This document shows positions 48,399-60,639 of a stretch of 64,000 bases of DNA, piece by piece (positions within the stretch are counted from its first letter, which is position 1; each line of letters opens with the position of its first letter). The position numbers and the translations under genes are program-made. Under the pieces are notes generated by a model. The model saw only the letters and a program-made list of their open reading frames with translations. It was not told the DNA's origin and ran no database searches. Origin of the DNA: an uncultured Lachnospiraceae bacterium (GTDB taxonomy: Bacteria; Bacillota; Clostridia; Oscillospirales; CAG-272); assembly GCA_964521785.1 (NCBI GenBank), contig CAZFTE010000001.1, positions 1,172 to 65,171 of the forward strand, in the 5' to 3' direction.

Positions 48399-48635
48399 AT
48401 GGCAACAAACCAAAAGATCAGCCTCTCTCTTTCCGTTGTAAACAGATTCGGCGTTCTTGTAAGAATTTCCGAAATGTTCGCTCGCAGAGGATTTAACATA
48501 AGCTCGCTCGTCGTTCACGAAACAGCGGACCCCGCCGTTTCCGAAATGACTATAACGGTATACGGCGATGAATACATACATTCCCAGCTTTTAAGACAGC
48601 TCGGAAAGCTTCACGACGTTATTTCCATATATTGA
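48399..48635 (+). CDS. ilvN: Acetolactate synthase small subunit (ACT domain only)
   Basis: VVNRFGVL.RI..F.RRGFNISSL..QL.KL.DV; 78 aa; AAGGAG RBS. Confidence 0.88.
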   Translation: MATNQKISLSLSVVNRFGVLVRISEMFARRGFNISSLVVHETADPAVSEMTITVYGDEYIHSQLLRQLGKLHDVISIY

Positions 48636-48712
48636 TACTATCAACTAAGCGCACTATTTTCTCATTATTATAAATTATAAAAAATTATTTTTATTTACCT
48701 AAAAGGAGATAA

Positions 48713-51381
<2,669 letters not shown>

Positions 51382-51468
51382 TATAAAAAACAACGCGGTT
51401 TCCCTCTTTTCAGGGGGAAACCGTAATACTGAAAAAACAAACGCACAAAAGGTGCGAAAGGACATCAC

Positions 51469-52980
51469 ATGAAACAGGTAAAAATATTCGACACGACGCT
51501 GCGTGATGGAGAACAGTCTCCCGGTTGCAGCATGAACCTTCAGGAAAAGCTCGAAGTTGCGCACGCACTCGAAAAGCTCAAGGTCGATGTTATCGAGGCA
51601 GGTTTTGCTATATCCTCTCCCGGCGACTTTGAATCCGTTAAGAGCATTGCCGAAGCTGTTCATGATTGCACGGTTGCCTCTCTCGCACGTCTCACTATCA
51701 AAGATATAGACGCCGCTTACGAAGCAGTAAGAGGCGCGGTTGACCCCAGAATACACGTATTCTTGGCAACATCCCCCCTTCATATGCAGTATAAGCTTAA
51801 AATGACAGAGGAACAGGTTCTCGAAAAAACAGAGAAGCTCGTTGCTTATGCAAAAAATTACTGCTCCAACATCGAATTTTCCGCGGAAGACGCCACAAGA
51901 AGCGAACCTGCATTCCTTGCCAGAGTCGTTGACACGGCTATCCGCGCAGGCGCGACAACGATCAATATTCCCGATACGGTAGGTTATACAACTCCTCAGG
52001 AAATGCACGATCTTATCGCGTACCTCATCGCTAACGTTGAAAATTCCGACACAGTAGATTTTGCCGTTCACTGCCACAATGACCTCGGTCTCGGCGTTGC
52101 AAACTCTCTTGCAGGCGTCCTCGGCGGTGCTACGCAGATCGAATGTACGATAAACGGTCTCGGCGAACGCGCAGGCAATACATCTCTCGAAGAAGTTGTA
52201 ATGGCTATGCGTACACGCCCCGATATATATAAGAATCCCCCCAGAATAGACACAACAAAGATCTATAACACATCTAAACTCGTATATAACATCATCGGTC
52301 AGACACCCGCGCTCAACAAACCCATCGTAGGCGCAAATGCTTTCGCTCACGAATCCGGTATCCACCAGCACGGCGTTCTCGCAAACAGAAGCACATACGA
52401 GATAATGACTCCCGAGTCCGTAGGTATCACGACAAACAAGATCGTCCTCGGCAAACATTCGGGCAAACACGCATTCGATGCAAGACTCCGCGAACTCGGT
52501 TATGAACTTTCCGAAGAAGAATTGCTCGATTGCTTCGAAAAATTCAAAGTGCTTTGCGACAAGAAGAAAACAGTATCCGACGCAGATATCAGCGCGCTCG
52601 TTACTCACAAAAAGAGAGTTTCCGACAACACAAAATATCAGCTCGATCGTTTCTATGTTCACGCAAGCAATGTTCTCTCCGCAACAAGCACGGTACGCTT
52701 GAAGCTCGCCAACGGCACATTTATAGAAGATGCCGCTGTCGGCAACGGTCCTGTTGATGCTTCCTACAACGCTGTTAAGAAGCTCATCAATCCTCCCGCG
52801 CACACGCTCGAAAAATATACGATAAATGCCGTTTCCGAAGGCAAAGACTCCCTCGGTGAAGCTATCGTTAAGATAAAAGCGGAAGACAGCAACGAACTCG
52901 TTTCGGGACGCGGTCTTTCTACGGACATCGTTGAAGCAAGTATCCTTGCTTACATCAACGCTCTCGAAAAACTTATCTGA
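51469..52980 (+). CDS. leuA: 2-isopropylmalate synthase
   Basis: DTTLRDGEQ, HCHNDLG, GERAGN, HESGIHQ and a C-terminal regulatory domain. Confidence 0.96.
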   Translation: MKQVKIFDTTLRDGEQSPGCSMNLQEKLEVAHALEKLKVDVIEAGFAISSPGDFESVKSIAEAVHDCTVASLARLTIKDIDAAYEAVRGAVDPRIHVFLATSPLHMQYKLKMTEEQVLEKTEKLVAYAKNYCSNIEFSAEDATRSEPAFLARVVDTAIRAGATTINIPDTVGYTTPQEMHDLIAYLIANVENSDTVDFAVHCHNDLGLGVANSLAGVLGGATQIECTINGLGERAGNTSLEEVVMAMRTRPDIYKNPPRIDTTKIYNTSKLVYNIIGQTPALNKPIVGANAFAHESGIHQHGVLANRSTYEIMTPESVGITTNKIVLGKHSGKHAFDARLRELGYELSEEELLDCFEKFKVLCDKKKTVSDADISALVTHKKRVSDNTKYQLDRFYVHASNVLSATSTVRLKLANGTFIEDAAVGNGPVDASYNAVKKLINPPAHTLEKYTINAVSEGKDSLGEAIVKIKAEDSNELVSGRGLSTDIVEASILAYINALEKLI

Positions 52981-53098
52981 TTTGAATATTACACCTCGTT
53001 ACGCCGCGCAAGCGGCGTAATACCGAGGTATTACTTATAAAAGCATATATACCGCCGTTGATACAGAGCGGCAAAAAACAATAAGGAGATCAAACAAA

Positions 53099-54364
53099 AT
53101 GGGAATGACCATGACGCAAAAGATACTCGCGCGTGCCGCAGGACTTGAAAGCGTTTCCGCAGGTCAGCTTATCCTTGCTAACCTCAGCCTCGTACTCGGA
53201 AACGATATCACTTCCCCTGTTGCCATTCGCGAATATAATAAACTCGGCGGCGATGTTTTCAACAAAGAAAAGATCGCTCTCGTAATGGATCACTTTGCAC
53301 CCAACAAAGATATCAAAGCGGCTGAACAGTGCAAGATGTGCCGCGAATTTGCAGGAGAACAGAGCATTACCAACTTCTATGACGTTGGCGAAATGGGCAT
53401 CGAACACGCTCTTCTCCCCGAAAAAGGACTCGTTAAAAGCGGCGATGTAGTTATCGGCGCAGACTCTCACACGTGTACATACGGCGCTTTGGGCGCTTTC
53501 TCCACGGGTGTAGGCTCCACAGACATGGCTTGCGGCATGGCAACGGGAAAAGCTTGGTTCAAGGTTCCCTCTGCGATACGCTTTATCCTTAAAGGAACTC
53601 TTCCCGAATACGTTTCGGGTAAAGACGTTATCCTCCACATCATCGGCAAAATAGGCGTTGACGGCGCGCTCTATCGTTCCATGGAATTTACAGGCGAAGG
53701 TATGCACTCCCTTTCTATGGACGACAGACTCTGCATGGCAAACATGGCTATCGAAGCAGGCGCAAAGAACGGCGTTTTCGAAGTAGACGATAAAACTATC
53801 GAATACATGAAGAACGCTGGCGCAGGCGAACCCGTCATCTTTACGGCAGACGAAGATGCTGTCTATGACGAAACTTATGAAATAGACCTTTCCAAGCTCG
53901 AACCCACGGTAGCTTTCCCACATCTCCCCGAAAATACAAGAGAGATAGGCGATTGCGGCGACGTTAAGATCAACCAGGTAGTTATCGGTTCCTGCACGAA
54001 CGGCAGATTCTCCGACCTTGAGATCGCCGCAAAGATACTCAAAGGCAAAAAGGTAGCAAAAGGCGTTCGCGCTATCATCATTCCCGCAACGCAGAAGATA
54101 TACCTTGAAGCAATGGAAAAAGGTTACCTCAAAACATTTATCGAGGCAGGCGCGATAGTTTCCACTCCTACTTGCGGTCCGTGCCTTGGCGGTCATATGG
54201 GCATTCTTGCCGAGGGCGAAAGAGCTGTTGCAACGACAAACAGAAACTTCGTCGGCAGAATGGGTCATGTTAAATCGGAGGTCTACCTTGCAAGTCCCGC
54301 TGTCGCTGCGGCAAGCGCGATAATGGGCAAAATCGCAGACCCCAGGGAGGTAATGAAAAAATGA
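53099..54364 (+). CDS. leuC: 3-isopropylmalate dehydratase large subunit
   Basis: DSHTCT, GSCTNGR, CGPCLG, TNRNF.GRMG. Confidence 0.95.
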   Translation: MGMTMTQKILARAAGLESVSAGQLILANLSLVLGNDITSPVAIREYNKLGGDVFNKEKIALVMDHFAPNKDIKAAEQCKMCREFAGEQSITNFYDVGEMGIEHALLPEKGLVKSGDVVIGADSHTCTYGALGAFSTGVGSTDMACGMATGKAWFKVPSAIRFILKGTLPEYVSGKDVILHIIGKIGVDGALYRSMEFTGEGMHSLSMDDRLCMANMAIEAGAKNGVFEVDDKTIEYMKNAGAGEPVIFTADEDAVYDETYEIDLSKLEPTVAFPHLPENTREIGDCGDVKINQVVIGSCTNGRFSDLEIAAKILKGKKVAKGVRAIIIPATQKIYLEAMEKGYLKTFIEAGAIVSTPTCGPCLGGHMGILAEGERAVATTNRNFVGRMGHVKSEVYLASPAVAAASAIMGKIADPREVMKK

Positions 54365-54855
54365 ATTTTGACGGAAAAGTTATAAAATACGGCGATAACG
54401 TTGATACGGACGTTATCATTCCCGCAAGATACCTTAACACTATCGACAAAAAAGAGCTTGCTTCCCACTGCATGGAAGACCTTGATCCCACTTTTGTTAA
54501 AAGAGTAGTTCCCGGCGACATCATGGTTGCGGGTTACAACTTCGGTTGCGGTTCTTCCCGCGAACACGCTCCCATGGTAATCAAAGAGAGCGCTGTTTCC
54601 GTTGTTATCGCAAAGAGCTTTGCACGTATATTCTACCGCAACGCGATAAATATCGGTCTTCCCATCGTTGAATGTCCCGAAGCCGTTGATGAGATCAACG
54701 AGGGCGATGTTCTCTCCTGCGACCTCACAGCAGGCATCATCACGAACACGACAACGGGCAAACAGTATAAGACAGAGCCGTTCCCCGCTTTTATAAACTC
54801 CATAATCGAAGCAGGCGGTCTTATCGAAGCTATCAAGCAGGGCAAGATAAAATAA
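54361..54855 (+). CDS. leuD: 3-isopropylmalate dehydratase small subunit
   Basis: [34 protein letters not shown]. Confidence 0.95.
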   Translation: MNFDGKVIKYGDNVDTDVIIPARYLNTIDKKELASHCMEDLDPTFVKRVVPGDIMVAGYNFGCGSSREHAPMVIKESAVSVVIAKSFARIFYRNAINIGLPIVECPEAVDEINEGDVLSCDLTAGIITNTTTGKQYKTEPFPAFINSIIEAGGLIEAIKQGKIK

Positions 54856-54888
54856 GCCAAGCAATTTTTAAAATTGAGGTAATATAAA

Positions 54889-55965
54889 ATGAATTATAAT
54901 ATAGCACTCCTCCGCGGCGACGGCATCGGTCCCGAGATCGTTGACAGCGCTTGCGAAGTACTCAAAAAGATCGGCGATATATACGGTCATACATTCAATT
55001 TCACTCCTTATCTTATCGGTGGTTCCGCGCTCGACGTTTGCGGCGTTCCGCTCCCCGAAGAAACAGTAAACGGTTGTAAAGCATCCGACAGCGTTCTTCT
55101 CGGTGCTGTCGGCGGACCCAAATGGGACACTCTCCCCGGCAATATGCGCCCCGAAAAGGCTTTGCTCGGTATCCGTTCCGCACTCGGTCTTTACACTAAC
55201 ATTCGCCCCGCAAAGCTCTTCTCCGCTATGGCGGACGCTTGCTTGCTCCGCAAAGATGTTGCGGAAAAAGGCGTTGATATCGTTATGATACGCGAACTTA
55301 CGGGCGGCATCTATTTTGGTGAACGCGGCAGACGCGACGGCAAATACGGTCCCGAAGCATACGATACGGAATGTTACAGCGAGATGGAGATCGAAAGAAT
55401 CGCTCATGTAGCATTCAAAACAGCTATGCTCCGCAGAAAGAAAGTCGTAAGCATCGACAAAGCAAATGTTCTTGAAAGCTCCAGACTTTGGAGAGCTACT
55501 GTTCACAGAATTGCTGAACAGTACCCCGAAGTTGAATGTACTGATATGCTCGTTGACAATGCGGCTATGCAGCTCATCAAGAACCCCGCGCAGTTCGACG
55601 TTATCGTTACGACAAATATGTTCGGCGATATCCTTTCCGACGAATCTTCTCAGATAACAGGTTCCATCGGTCTTCTTCCCTCCGCTTCTCTCGGCGACAC
55701 GACTTGCGGTATGTATGAACCTATCCACGGTTCCGCACCCGACATCGCCGGTCAGAATAAAGCAAACCCCATCGCAACTATCCTTTCCGCGGCAATGATG
55801 CTCCGCTATTCTTTCGGTCTTGAAAAAGAAGCGGTTGCTATCGAAAATGCCGTTGAAGACGTTCTCAATGCAGGCTATCGCACGAGCGACATCCTCGGTG
55901 CGTCCGATACAGAACCCCTCTCCTGCACAGGAATGACAGCAAAAATACTTGAATATATAAAATGA
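54889..55965 (+). CDS. leuB: 3-isopropylmalate dehydrogenase
   Basis: [44 protein letters not shown]. Confidence 0.96.
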   Translation: MNYNIALLRGDGIGPEIVDSACEVLKKIGDIYGHTFNFTPYLIGGSALDVCGVPLPEETVNGCKASDSVLLGAVGGPKWDTLPGNMRPEKALLGIRSALGLYTNIRPAKLFSAMADACLLRKDVAEKGVDIVMIRELTGGIYFGERGRRDGKYGPEAYDTECYSEMEIERIAHVAFKTAMLRRKKVVSIDKANVLESSRLWRATVHRIAEQYPEVECTDMLVDNAAMQLIKNPAQFDVIVTTNMFGDILSDESSQITGSIGLLPSASLGDTTCGMYEPIHGSAPDIAGQNKANPIATILSAAMMLRYSFGLEKEAVAIENAVEDVLNAGYRTSDILGASDTEPLSCTGMTAKILEYIK

Positions 55966-55983
55966 AAGTGAAGTGTATTTTCT

Positions 55984-57054
55984 ATGTTGAACATCACAAT
56001 CGAAAAAACAAAAAATCCTAAGCAGATACCCGAAAAAGGTGCGGCTCTCGGCTTCGGTCATATCTTCACGGACCATATGTTCATGATGAACTACACCGAA
56101 GGCAAAGGTTGGCACGATGCTCGCATCGTGCCCTACCAGCCCCTCTCTCTCGATCCTTCCTCCATGGTATTCCACTATGGTCAGGAAATGTTCGAAGGCA
56201 TGAAAGCTTATAAGACGGCAGACGGCAAAACTTGCCTCTTCCGCCCCGAGATGAACGCTAAACGTGCAAACGCTTCCAACAAGCGTCTTTGCATTCCCGA
56301 GATCCCCGAAGAAGATTTCGTTCAGGCTGTTAAAGCCGTTGTAAAAGTTGACGAAGCTTGGATCCCCACAGACCCCGGCACATCTCTTTACATTCGTCCG
56401 TTCGTCATCGCAACAGACGCTTTCCTCGGTGTTGCTCCCTCTAAGACATACCTCTTCATCGTTATCCTTTCTCCTTCCGGCGCTTACTATGCAAGCGGTC
56501 TTAACCCCGTAGGTATTTGGATAGAAGACGAATTCGTTCGTGCTGTTCGCGGCGGTATGGGCTTCACAAAAACAGGCGGCAACTATGCTTGCAGCCTTGC
56601 AGCACAGGTTAAAGCTCATGACGAAGGATATTCTCAGGTACTTTGGCTCGACGGCGTTGAACGCAAATACATTGAAGAAGTCGGCGCTATGAACATCTTC
56701 TTTAAGATAGACGGCAAGATCGTTACTCCTATGCTCAACGGCAGTATCCTTCCCGGCGTAACTCGTAATTCCGTTATCCAGCTTTGCAAACACTGGGGCA
56801 TGGAAGTTGAAGAACGCAAGATATCTGTTGAAGAACTTCTCGAAGCACAGAAGACAGGCAAGCTCGAAGAAGTATTCGGCACAGGTACAGCTGCTGTTAT
56901 CTCCCCTGTTGGCAAGCTCCGCTACAAAGACGACGTTATGGTCATCGGCGACGGAGGTATCGGCAAAGTAAGCCAGAAGATCTACGATACCGTTACAGGT
57001 ATCCAGCTCGGCAAGCTCGACGATCCGTTCGGTTGGAGAGTTGTTATCGACTGA
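55984..57054 (+). CDS. ilvE: Branched-chain amino acid aminotransferase
   Basis: HYGQEMFEGMKA, LYIRPF, KTGGNY, EEVGAMN, ILPGVTR, GTAAVISP. Confidence 0.96.
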   Translation: MLNITIEKTKNPKQIPEKGAALGFGHIFTDHMFMMNYTEGKGWHDARIVPYQPLSLDPSSMVFHYGQEMFEGMKAYKTADGKTCLFRPEMNAKRANASNKRLCIPEIPEEDFVQAVKAVVKVDEAWIPTDPGTSLYIRPFVIATDAFLGVAPSKTYLFIVILSPSGAYYASGLNPVGIWIEDEFVRAVRGGMGFTKTGGNYACSLAAQVKAHDEGYSQVLWLDGVERKYIEEVGAMNIFFKIDGKIVTPMLNGSILPGVTRNSVIQLCKHWGMEVEERKISVEELLEAQKTGKLEEVFGTGTAAVISPVGKLRYKDDVMVIGDGGIGKVSQKIYDTVTGIQLGKLDDPFGWRVVID

Positions 57055-57061
57055 TAATTCC

Positions 57062-57094
57062 AAAAGGTCGTTTCTTTGCGAAACGACCTTTTTT
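57062..57094 (+). terminator. ilv-leu operon terminator
   Basis: AAAAGGTCGTTT/AAACGACCTTTT followed by a T run. Confidence 0.85.
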
Positions 57095-57126
57095 ATATTT
57101 TATTTTTCAACAACGCGGTGGAAAAG

Positions 57127-57156
57127 AAAAAAGATATCGTTTCCGATATCTTTTTC
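57127..57156 (-). terminator. Terminator of the lipoprotein gene
   Basis: AAAAAGATATCG-TTTC-CGATATCTTTTT. Confidence 0.7.
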
Positions 57157-57158
57157 TC

Positions 57159-57647
57159 TTATTCGCAAATAACGATACTTTGATTTTTTCCTTGGCAGAT
57201 CTGCATACCGTCGTCGCTGTCGAGAACAGCAACAAAAGTAACTTCTCCGTTATCCAAAAGAGATCTTTTCTCCACCAATGATATGGTACCGCAATGCACT
57301 GTCTTGTCGCCATTGCATATCTGTACGACGATCACAGTCGTTTCGGATAATCCTTCCTCTGGTAACCAAAAAAAGCCCTCACCTTGCTCTATATTGAGAG
57401 TATCAAGGTATTCGCCGTTTCTGTGCTTCAAAAGATATCCGTTGTTCACCGTAACGATAGTATTAGTATATTCACTGTTTATGTCAAAATTAAAAGAGAA
57501 CATTACTTCGTCGTGGTAGGCGCTCGTGGAGCATTGAAGTGTTATAGGCGAAGTAGTGGTTTCATCCGATTGTTTGGGTTCATCGCCGCAAGCGCATAAT
57601 CCCAACAATGATGCGGATAAAAGCGCAATAGAAATAATTTTTTTCAT
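57159..57647 (-). CDS. Lipoprotein of unknown function
   Basis: GGAGG RBS, MKKIIS signal peptide and LCAC lipobox; 162 aa; start at 57647. Confidence 0.8.
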   Translation of the reverse strand: MKKIISIALLSASLLGLCACGDEPKQSDETTTSPITLQCSTSAYHDEVMFSFNFDINSEYTNTIVTVNNGYLLKHRNGEYLDTLNIEQGEGFFWLPEEGLSETTVIVVQICNGDKTVHCGTISLVEKRSLLDNGEVTFVAVLDSDDGMQICQGKNQSIVICE

Positions 57648-57685
57648 AAAATTCCTCCGAGTATAAACAAATTTATACTGAGTTG

Positions 57686-57831
57686 TGGTATAATATACGC
57701 AGAAAGCCTTGCAAGGCAAGTCTTTTGGCTTTGCCATATGTGTGCTACCCGCACACCTGCGATATTGACGGCTTCGCAAAAATGTCCGTGCAAGCACACA
57801 TTTTTTGCTTTATGGTAGAATATACGCAGAA
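57686..57831. repeat. 19-bp direct repeat pair flanking a hairpin-rich spacer
   Basis: TGGTATAATATACGCAGAA (57686-57704) and TGGTAGAATATACGCAGAA (57813-57831). Confidence 0.7.
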
Positions 57832-57997
57832 TGTCTCGGATCAAGAGTCATCATCGAATTTCAATTTTTTTTGAAAGTATTTTATTCCATTGTATGTTAT
57901 TCTAACATATTTAAATGTTTTTTTCAATAGGAAACTTTTTGATATTTCGAATATTATAAATATATTTACATTTTCGAGCAAGGGAGGATATGCTCTT

Positions 57998-58477
57998 ATG
58001 CCAAGCGAACACCCCTTTCCGCCTGTTTTTGATAAAGATTGCAATATATTGATATTGGGAACTTTTCCGTCCGTGAGATCTCGCGAAACGGGATTTTTTT
58101 ACGGTCATCCGCAAAATCGTTTTTGGCGCGTAACCTCAGCCGTTTTCGGCGACGATGTTCCCATTACGCAAGAAGACAAGATATCTTTTCTGTTGAAACA
58201 TCATATCGCGCTTTGGGATGTTATCTCTTCTTGCGATATAGAAGGCTCTTCGGACAGCAGTATAAAAAACGCCTTGCCAAACGATATCTCGTATCTGCTT
58301 GAAAATTCTCATATAACGAGAATATTTACAAACGGTAGCGCGGCATATAAGCTATACGAGAGATATATCGAGCCGATATCAAATATCGTCGCGCAAAAAT
58401 TGCCGTCAACAAGCCCGGCAAATGCCGCATGGAGCATTGAAAAGCTCATTTCATCATGGCAGATAATAAAATCATAA
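57998..58477 (+). CDS. Uracil-DNA glycosylase superfamily protein (DNA-deoxyinosine glycosylase-like)
   Basis: ILILGTFPS..S...FFYGHPQNRFW, IALWDVI.SC...SSDS, LPSTSPANA; GGGAGG RBS. Confidence 0.88.
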   Translation: MPSEHPFPPVFDKDCNILILGTFPSVRSRETGFFYGHPQNRFWRVTSAVFGDDVPITQEDKISFLLKHHIALWDVISSCDIEGSSDSSIKNALPNDISYLLENSHITRIFTNGSAAYKLYERYIEPISNIVAQKLPSTSPANAAWSIEKLISSWQIIKS

Positions 58478-58489
58478 GGAGATCTACAT

Positions 58490-58948
58490 ATGACACACAG
58501 AGAAAAAGCTTTAGATTATTTTTATAGAGGATATAACTGCGCTCAGTCGGTATTTGCCGCTTTTTGCGATGTTACGGGATATAAGGAAGAAGACGCTTTG
58601 CGCTTGGCTTCTTCTTTCGGCGGCGGCATGGGACGAATGAGAGAGGTATGCGGTTCTTGCTCCGCTATGTTCATGATAGCAGGCATAGTTTGCGGATATA
58701 CCGATATATCTACCAACGAACCGAAAAAAGAACATTATCAGCGTATACAGGACCTTGCCGCTAAATTCCGCGAAAAGCACGGCACGATAATCTGCCGCGA
58801 GCTTCTTGCAACGCTCAAACCCGACAGTGCGCCTATCCCCACGGAAAGGACCGAACAATATTACAAGATACGTCCTTGCGCTAAATTTATCGGCGATGCC
58901 GCAGATATTATAGACGAATTGCTCGCATCCGAAGGAAAATCCGAATAA
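58490..58948 (+). CDS. C-GCAxxG-C-C family putative redox protein
   Basis: GYNCAQSV, FGGGMG...VCG, ICRELL, PC. Confidence 0.88.
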   Translation: MTHREKALDYFYRGYNCAQSVFAAFCDVTGYKEEDALRLASSFGGGMGRMREVCGSCSAMFMIAGIVCGYTDISTNEPKKEHYQRIQDLAAKFREKHGTIICRELLATLKPDSAPIPTERTEQYYKIRPCAKFIGDAADIIDELLASEGKSE

Positions 58949-58951
58949 AAC

Positions 58952-58979
58952 AAAAAAACGGAAGCCTTTAGGCTTCCGT
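58952..58979 (-). terminator. Intrinsic terminator, minus-strand oriented
   Basis: ACGGAAGCC-loop-GGCTTCCGT with a U run only in the minus direction. Confidence 0.85.
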
Positions 58980-59084
58980 GAAATATTCCTTTTCGCAAGA
59001 CCGCTGTTGCAGTCAAGCTTTATTCAAAAAGCGGAGAAATGTATTGGTTTTATCTTTCAAAAACAGTGCATTTACGCTTGTTAT
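58952..59084 (-). ncRNA. Candidate small RNA of about 130 nt
   Basis: Lies between a perfect promoter (59119-59091) and a terminator; no RBS-led ORF; I recognise no known RNA family. Confidence 0.5.
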
Positions 59085-59090
59085 CATATT

Positions 59091-59119
59091 ATTATACCAT
59101 ATGGCATTAAAATTGTCAA
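59091..59119 (-). promoter_or_regulatory. Orphan sigma-A promoter
   Basis: TTGACA-17-TATAAT with extended TG and no downstream CDS. Confidence 0.75.
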
Positions 59120-59146
59120 TACTTATTTTTAATCTTTTGCTTTTTG

Positions 59147-59180
59147 AAAGGTCGTTTTTCCGCAAAACGACTTTTATTTT
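59147..59180 (+). terminator. Terminator-like hairpin beside the trkH stop
   Basis: AAAGGTCGTTTT/AAAACGACTTTT; the G-U pair and U tail fit the plus strand. Confidence 0.6.
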
Positions 59181-60625
59181 TATTTTCTTTTCCAAAAAGA
59201 AGGCACGAGCATTATCAATATCGGAAATATCTCCAATCTTCCGAGCAACATTGCAAAAGATAACAATATCTTCGCAGGCATTGAATATCCCGCAAAGCTT
59301 GCCGCGGGACCTACCATGCCGAAACCGGGACCGATATTGTTAAAGCACGTCGCAACCGCGGAAAAGTTCGTTTCAAAATCGAACGGTTCAAACGAGATAA
59401 AGAAGAAGATTATCCAAAATATTATGAAATACACCGCAAAATAAGTGCTTACGCCATGGCGAGTTTTGTCATCTATCTTTTTGCCCTCAAATTTTACACT
59501 GGAAATAGCGGAGGGATGCACCATATGCTTTATATCTCTTAAAATAGCTTTTACGGCTATAATATATCGCGATACTTTTATACCGCCCGATGTGGAACCT
59601 GCACAACCGCCGATAAACATCAAAATAAGCAATATCGCTTTTGATGCGCTCGGCCAAAGGTTAAAGTCCGCCGTAGAATATCCCGTCGTCGTGATTATCG
59701 ACGCCACTTGGAAGAATGCGTGTTTAACAGCTTCGCCGAATCCGCTGTAAAGCGGCAAAATGTTTATCGTTATCACCGCTCCCGAAAACAGCACTATCGC
59801 AAGGTATGTCCAAAGCTCGGTGCTTTTCACGACCGATCTGAACTGTTTTATGAGTATGAGATAATACAAGTTAAAGTTTATGCCGAACAAAAGCATAAAT
59901 ATCGTGATGACCCACTGCAAATATGCGCTGTAACTGCTCAAACTGTCAACTTTGATGCCGAAACCGCCTGTACCCGCCGTTCCGAAAGAATGGAGCAAAC
60001 TTTCATAAAGCGTCATACCGCCCGCAAGTAGAAACACCACCTCTATGGCTGTCATAACGACATATATAAGGTAAAGTATCTTAGCCGTGTCTTTTATTCG
60101 AGGAACGAGCTTGCCTACGATAGGGCCCGGCATTTCCGCTCTCATGATGTGTATATTTCTGCCCGTATCTTGCGGAAATATCGCCATGATGAACACAAGA
60201 ACGCCCATGCCGCCCAACCAATGGGTAAAGCTCCTCCAAAACAGCATACCTTTGCTGAGAGCACCGACGTTATCCAATATGGAAGCGCCCGTCGTGGTAA
60301 ATCCGCTGACCGTTTCGAAAAAAGCGTCCGCGAATGATTCTATCTGTCCGCTTATCAAAAACGGCAATGCGCCAACCACGGACAAGCATATCCACGCTAT
60401 CGCAACGATAGCAAAGCCCTCTTTTGCGAATATGAGTTTATCGTTTTTTCCCAAAATATATGTCAAAAACAATCCCAATGCCAAAGCTATTACGGAAGAT
60501 AGCAAAAATGCGATGATGCTGGAGCTTTCGCGATAGATAAGGCTTACTATCATGGGGATCACGAAAAGCACTGATTCAAGCTGTAATATTCTGCCTACCG
60601 TATAAGATATGGCTCTGTAATTCAT
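59180..60625 (-). CDS. trkH: Trk potassium uptake membrane protein
   Basis: FETVSGFTTTGAS, WLGGMG, GTGGF, TTTGY, GGCAGSTSGGIK, NNIGPG, LGRLEI. Confidence 0.95.
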   Translation of the reverse strand: MNYRAISYTVGRILQLESVLFVIPMIVSLIYRESSSIIAFLLSSVIALALGLFLTYILGKNDKLIFAKEGFAIVAIAWICLSVVGALPFLISGQIESFADAFFETVSGFTTTGASILDNVGALSKGMLFWRSFTHWLGGMGVLVFIMAIFPQDTGRNIHIMRAEMPGPIVGKLVPRIKDTAKILYLIYVVMTAIEVVFLLAGGMTLYESLLHSFGTAGTGGFGIKVDSLSSYSAYLQWVITIFMLLFGINFNLYYLILIKQFRSVVKSTELWTYLAIVLFSGAVITINILPLYSGFGEAVKHAFFQVASIITTTGYSTADFNLWPSASKAILLILMFIGGCAGSTSGGIKVSRYIIAVKAILRDIKHMVHPSAISSVKFEGKKIDDKTRHGVSTYFAVYFIIFWIIFFFISFEPFDFETNFSAVATCFNNIGPGFGMVGPAASFAGYSMPAKILLSFAMLLGRLEIFPILIMLVPSFWKRK

Positions 60626-60639
60626 AATATGTCCAACCT

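Noticed and set aside
48632-48660. Palindrome TTGATACTATCAA and a weak internal promoter before ilvC
   Set aside because: It overlaps the ilvN stop, the spacing does not fit the FNR-type TTGAT-N4-ATCAA, and the -10 (TATTTT) is poor.
54868-57063. 731-aa antisense ORF over leuB and ilvE, and similar long antisense ORFs over ilvB, ilvD, leuA, leuC, ilvA and parC
   Set aside because: They are in codon register with the real genes, which avoid TTA/CTA/TCA, so antisense stops are absent. They show no protein motifs.
58490-58948. Selenoprotein version of the C-GCAxxG-C-C protein
   Set aside because: No in-frame TGA; the motif positions are Cys.
59039-59110. Plus-strand 23-aa ORF MYWFYLSKTVHLRLLSYYYTIWH antisense to the sRNA candidate (type I toxin-antitoxin idea)
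   Set aside because: GGAG is only 2 nt from the ATG, there is no TM-like stretch, and the YYY run is just the reverse complement of the -10 region.
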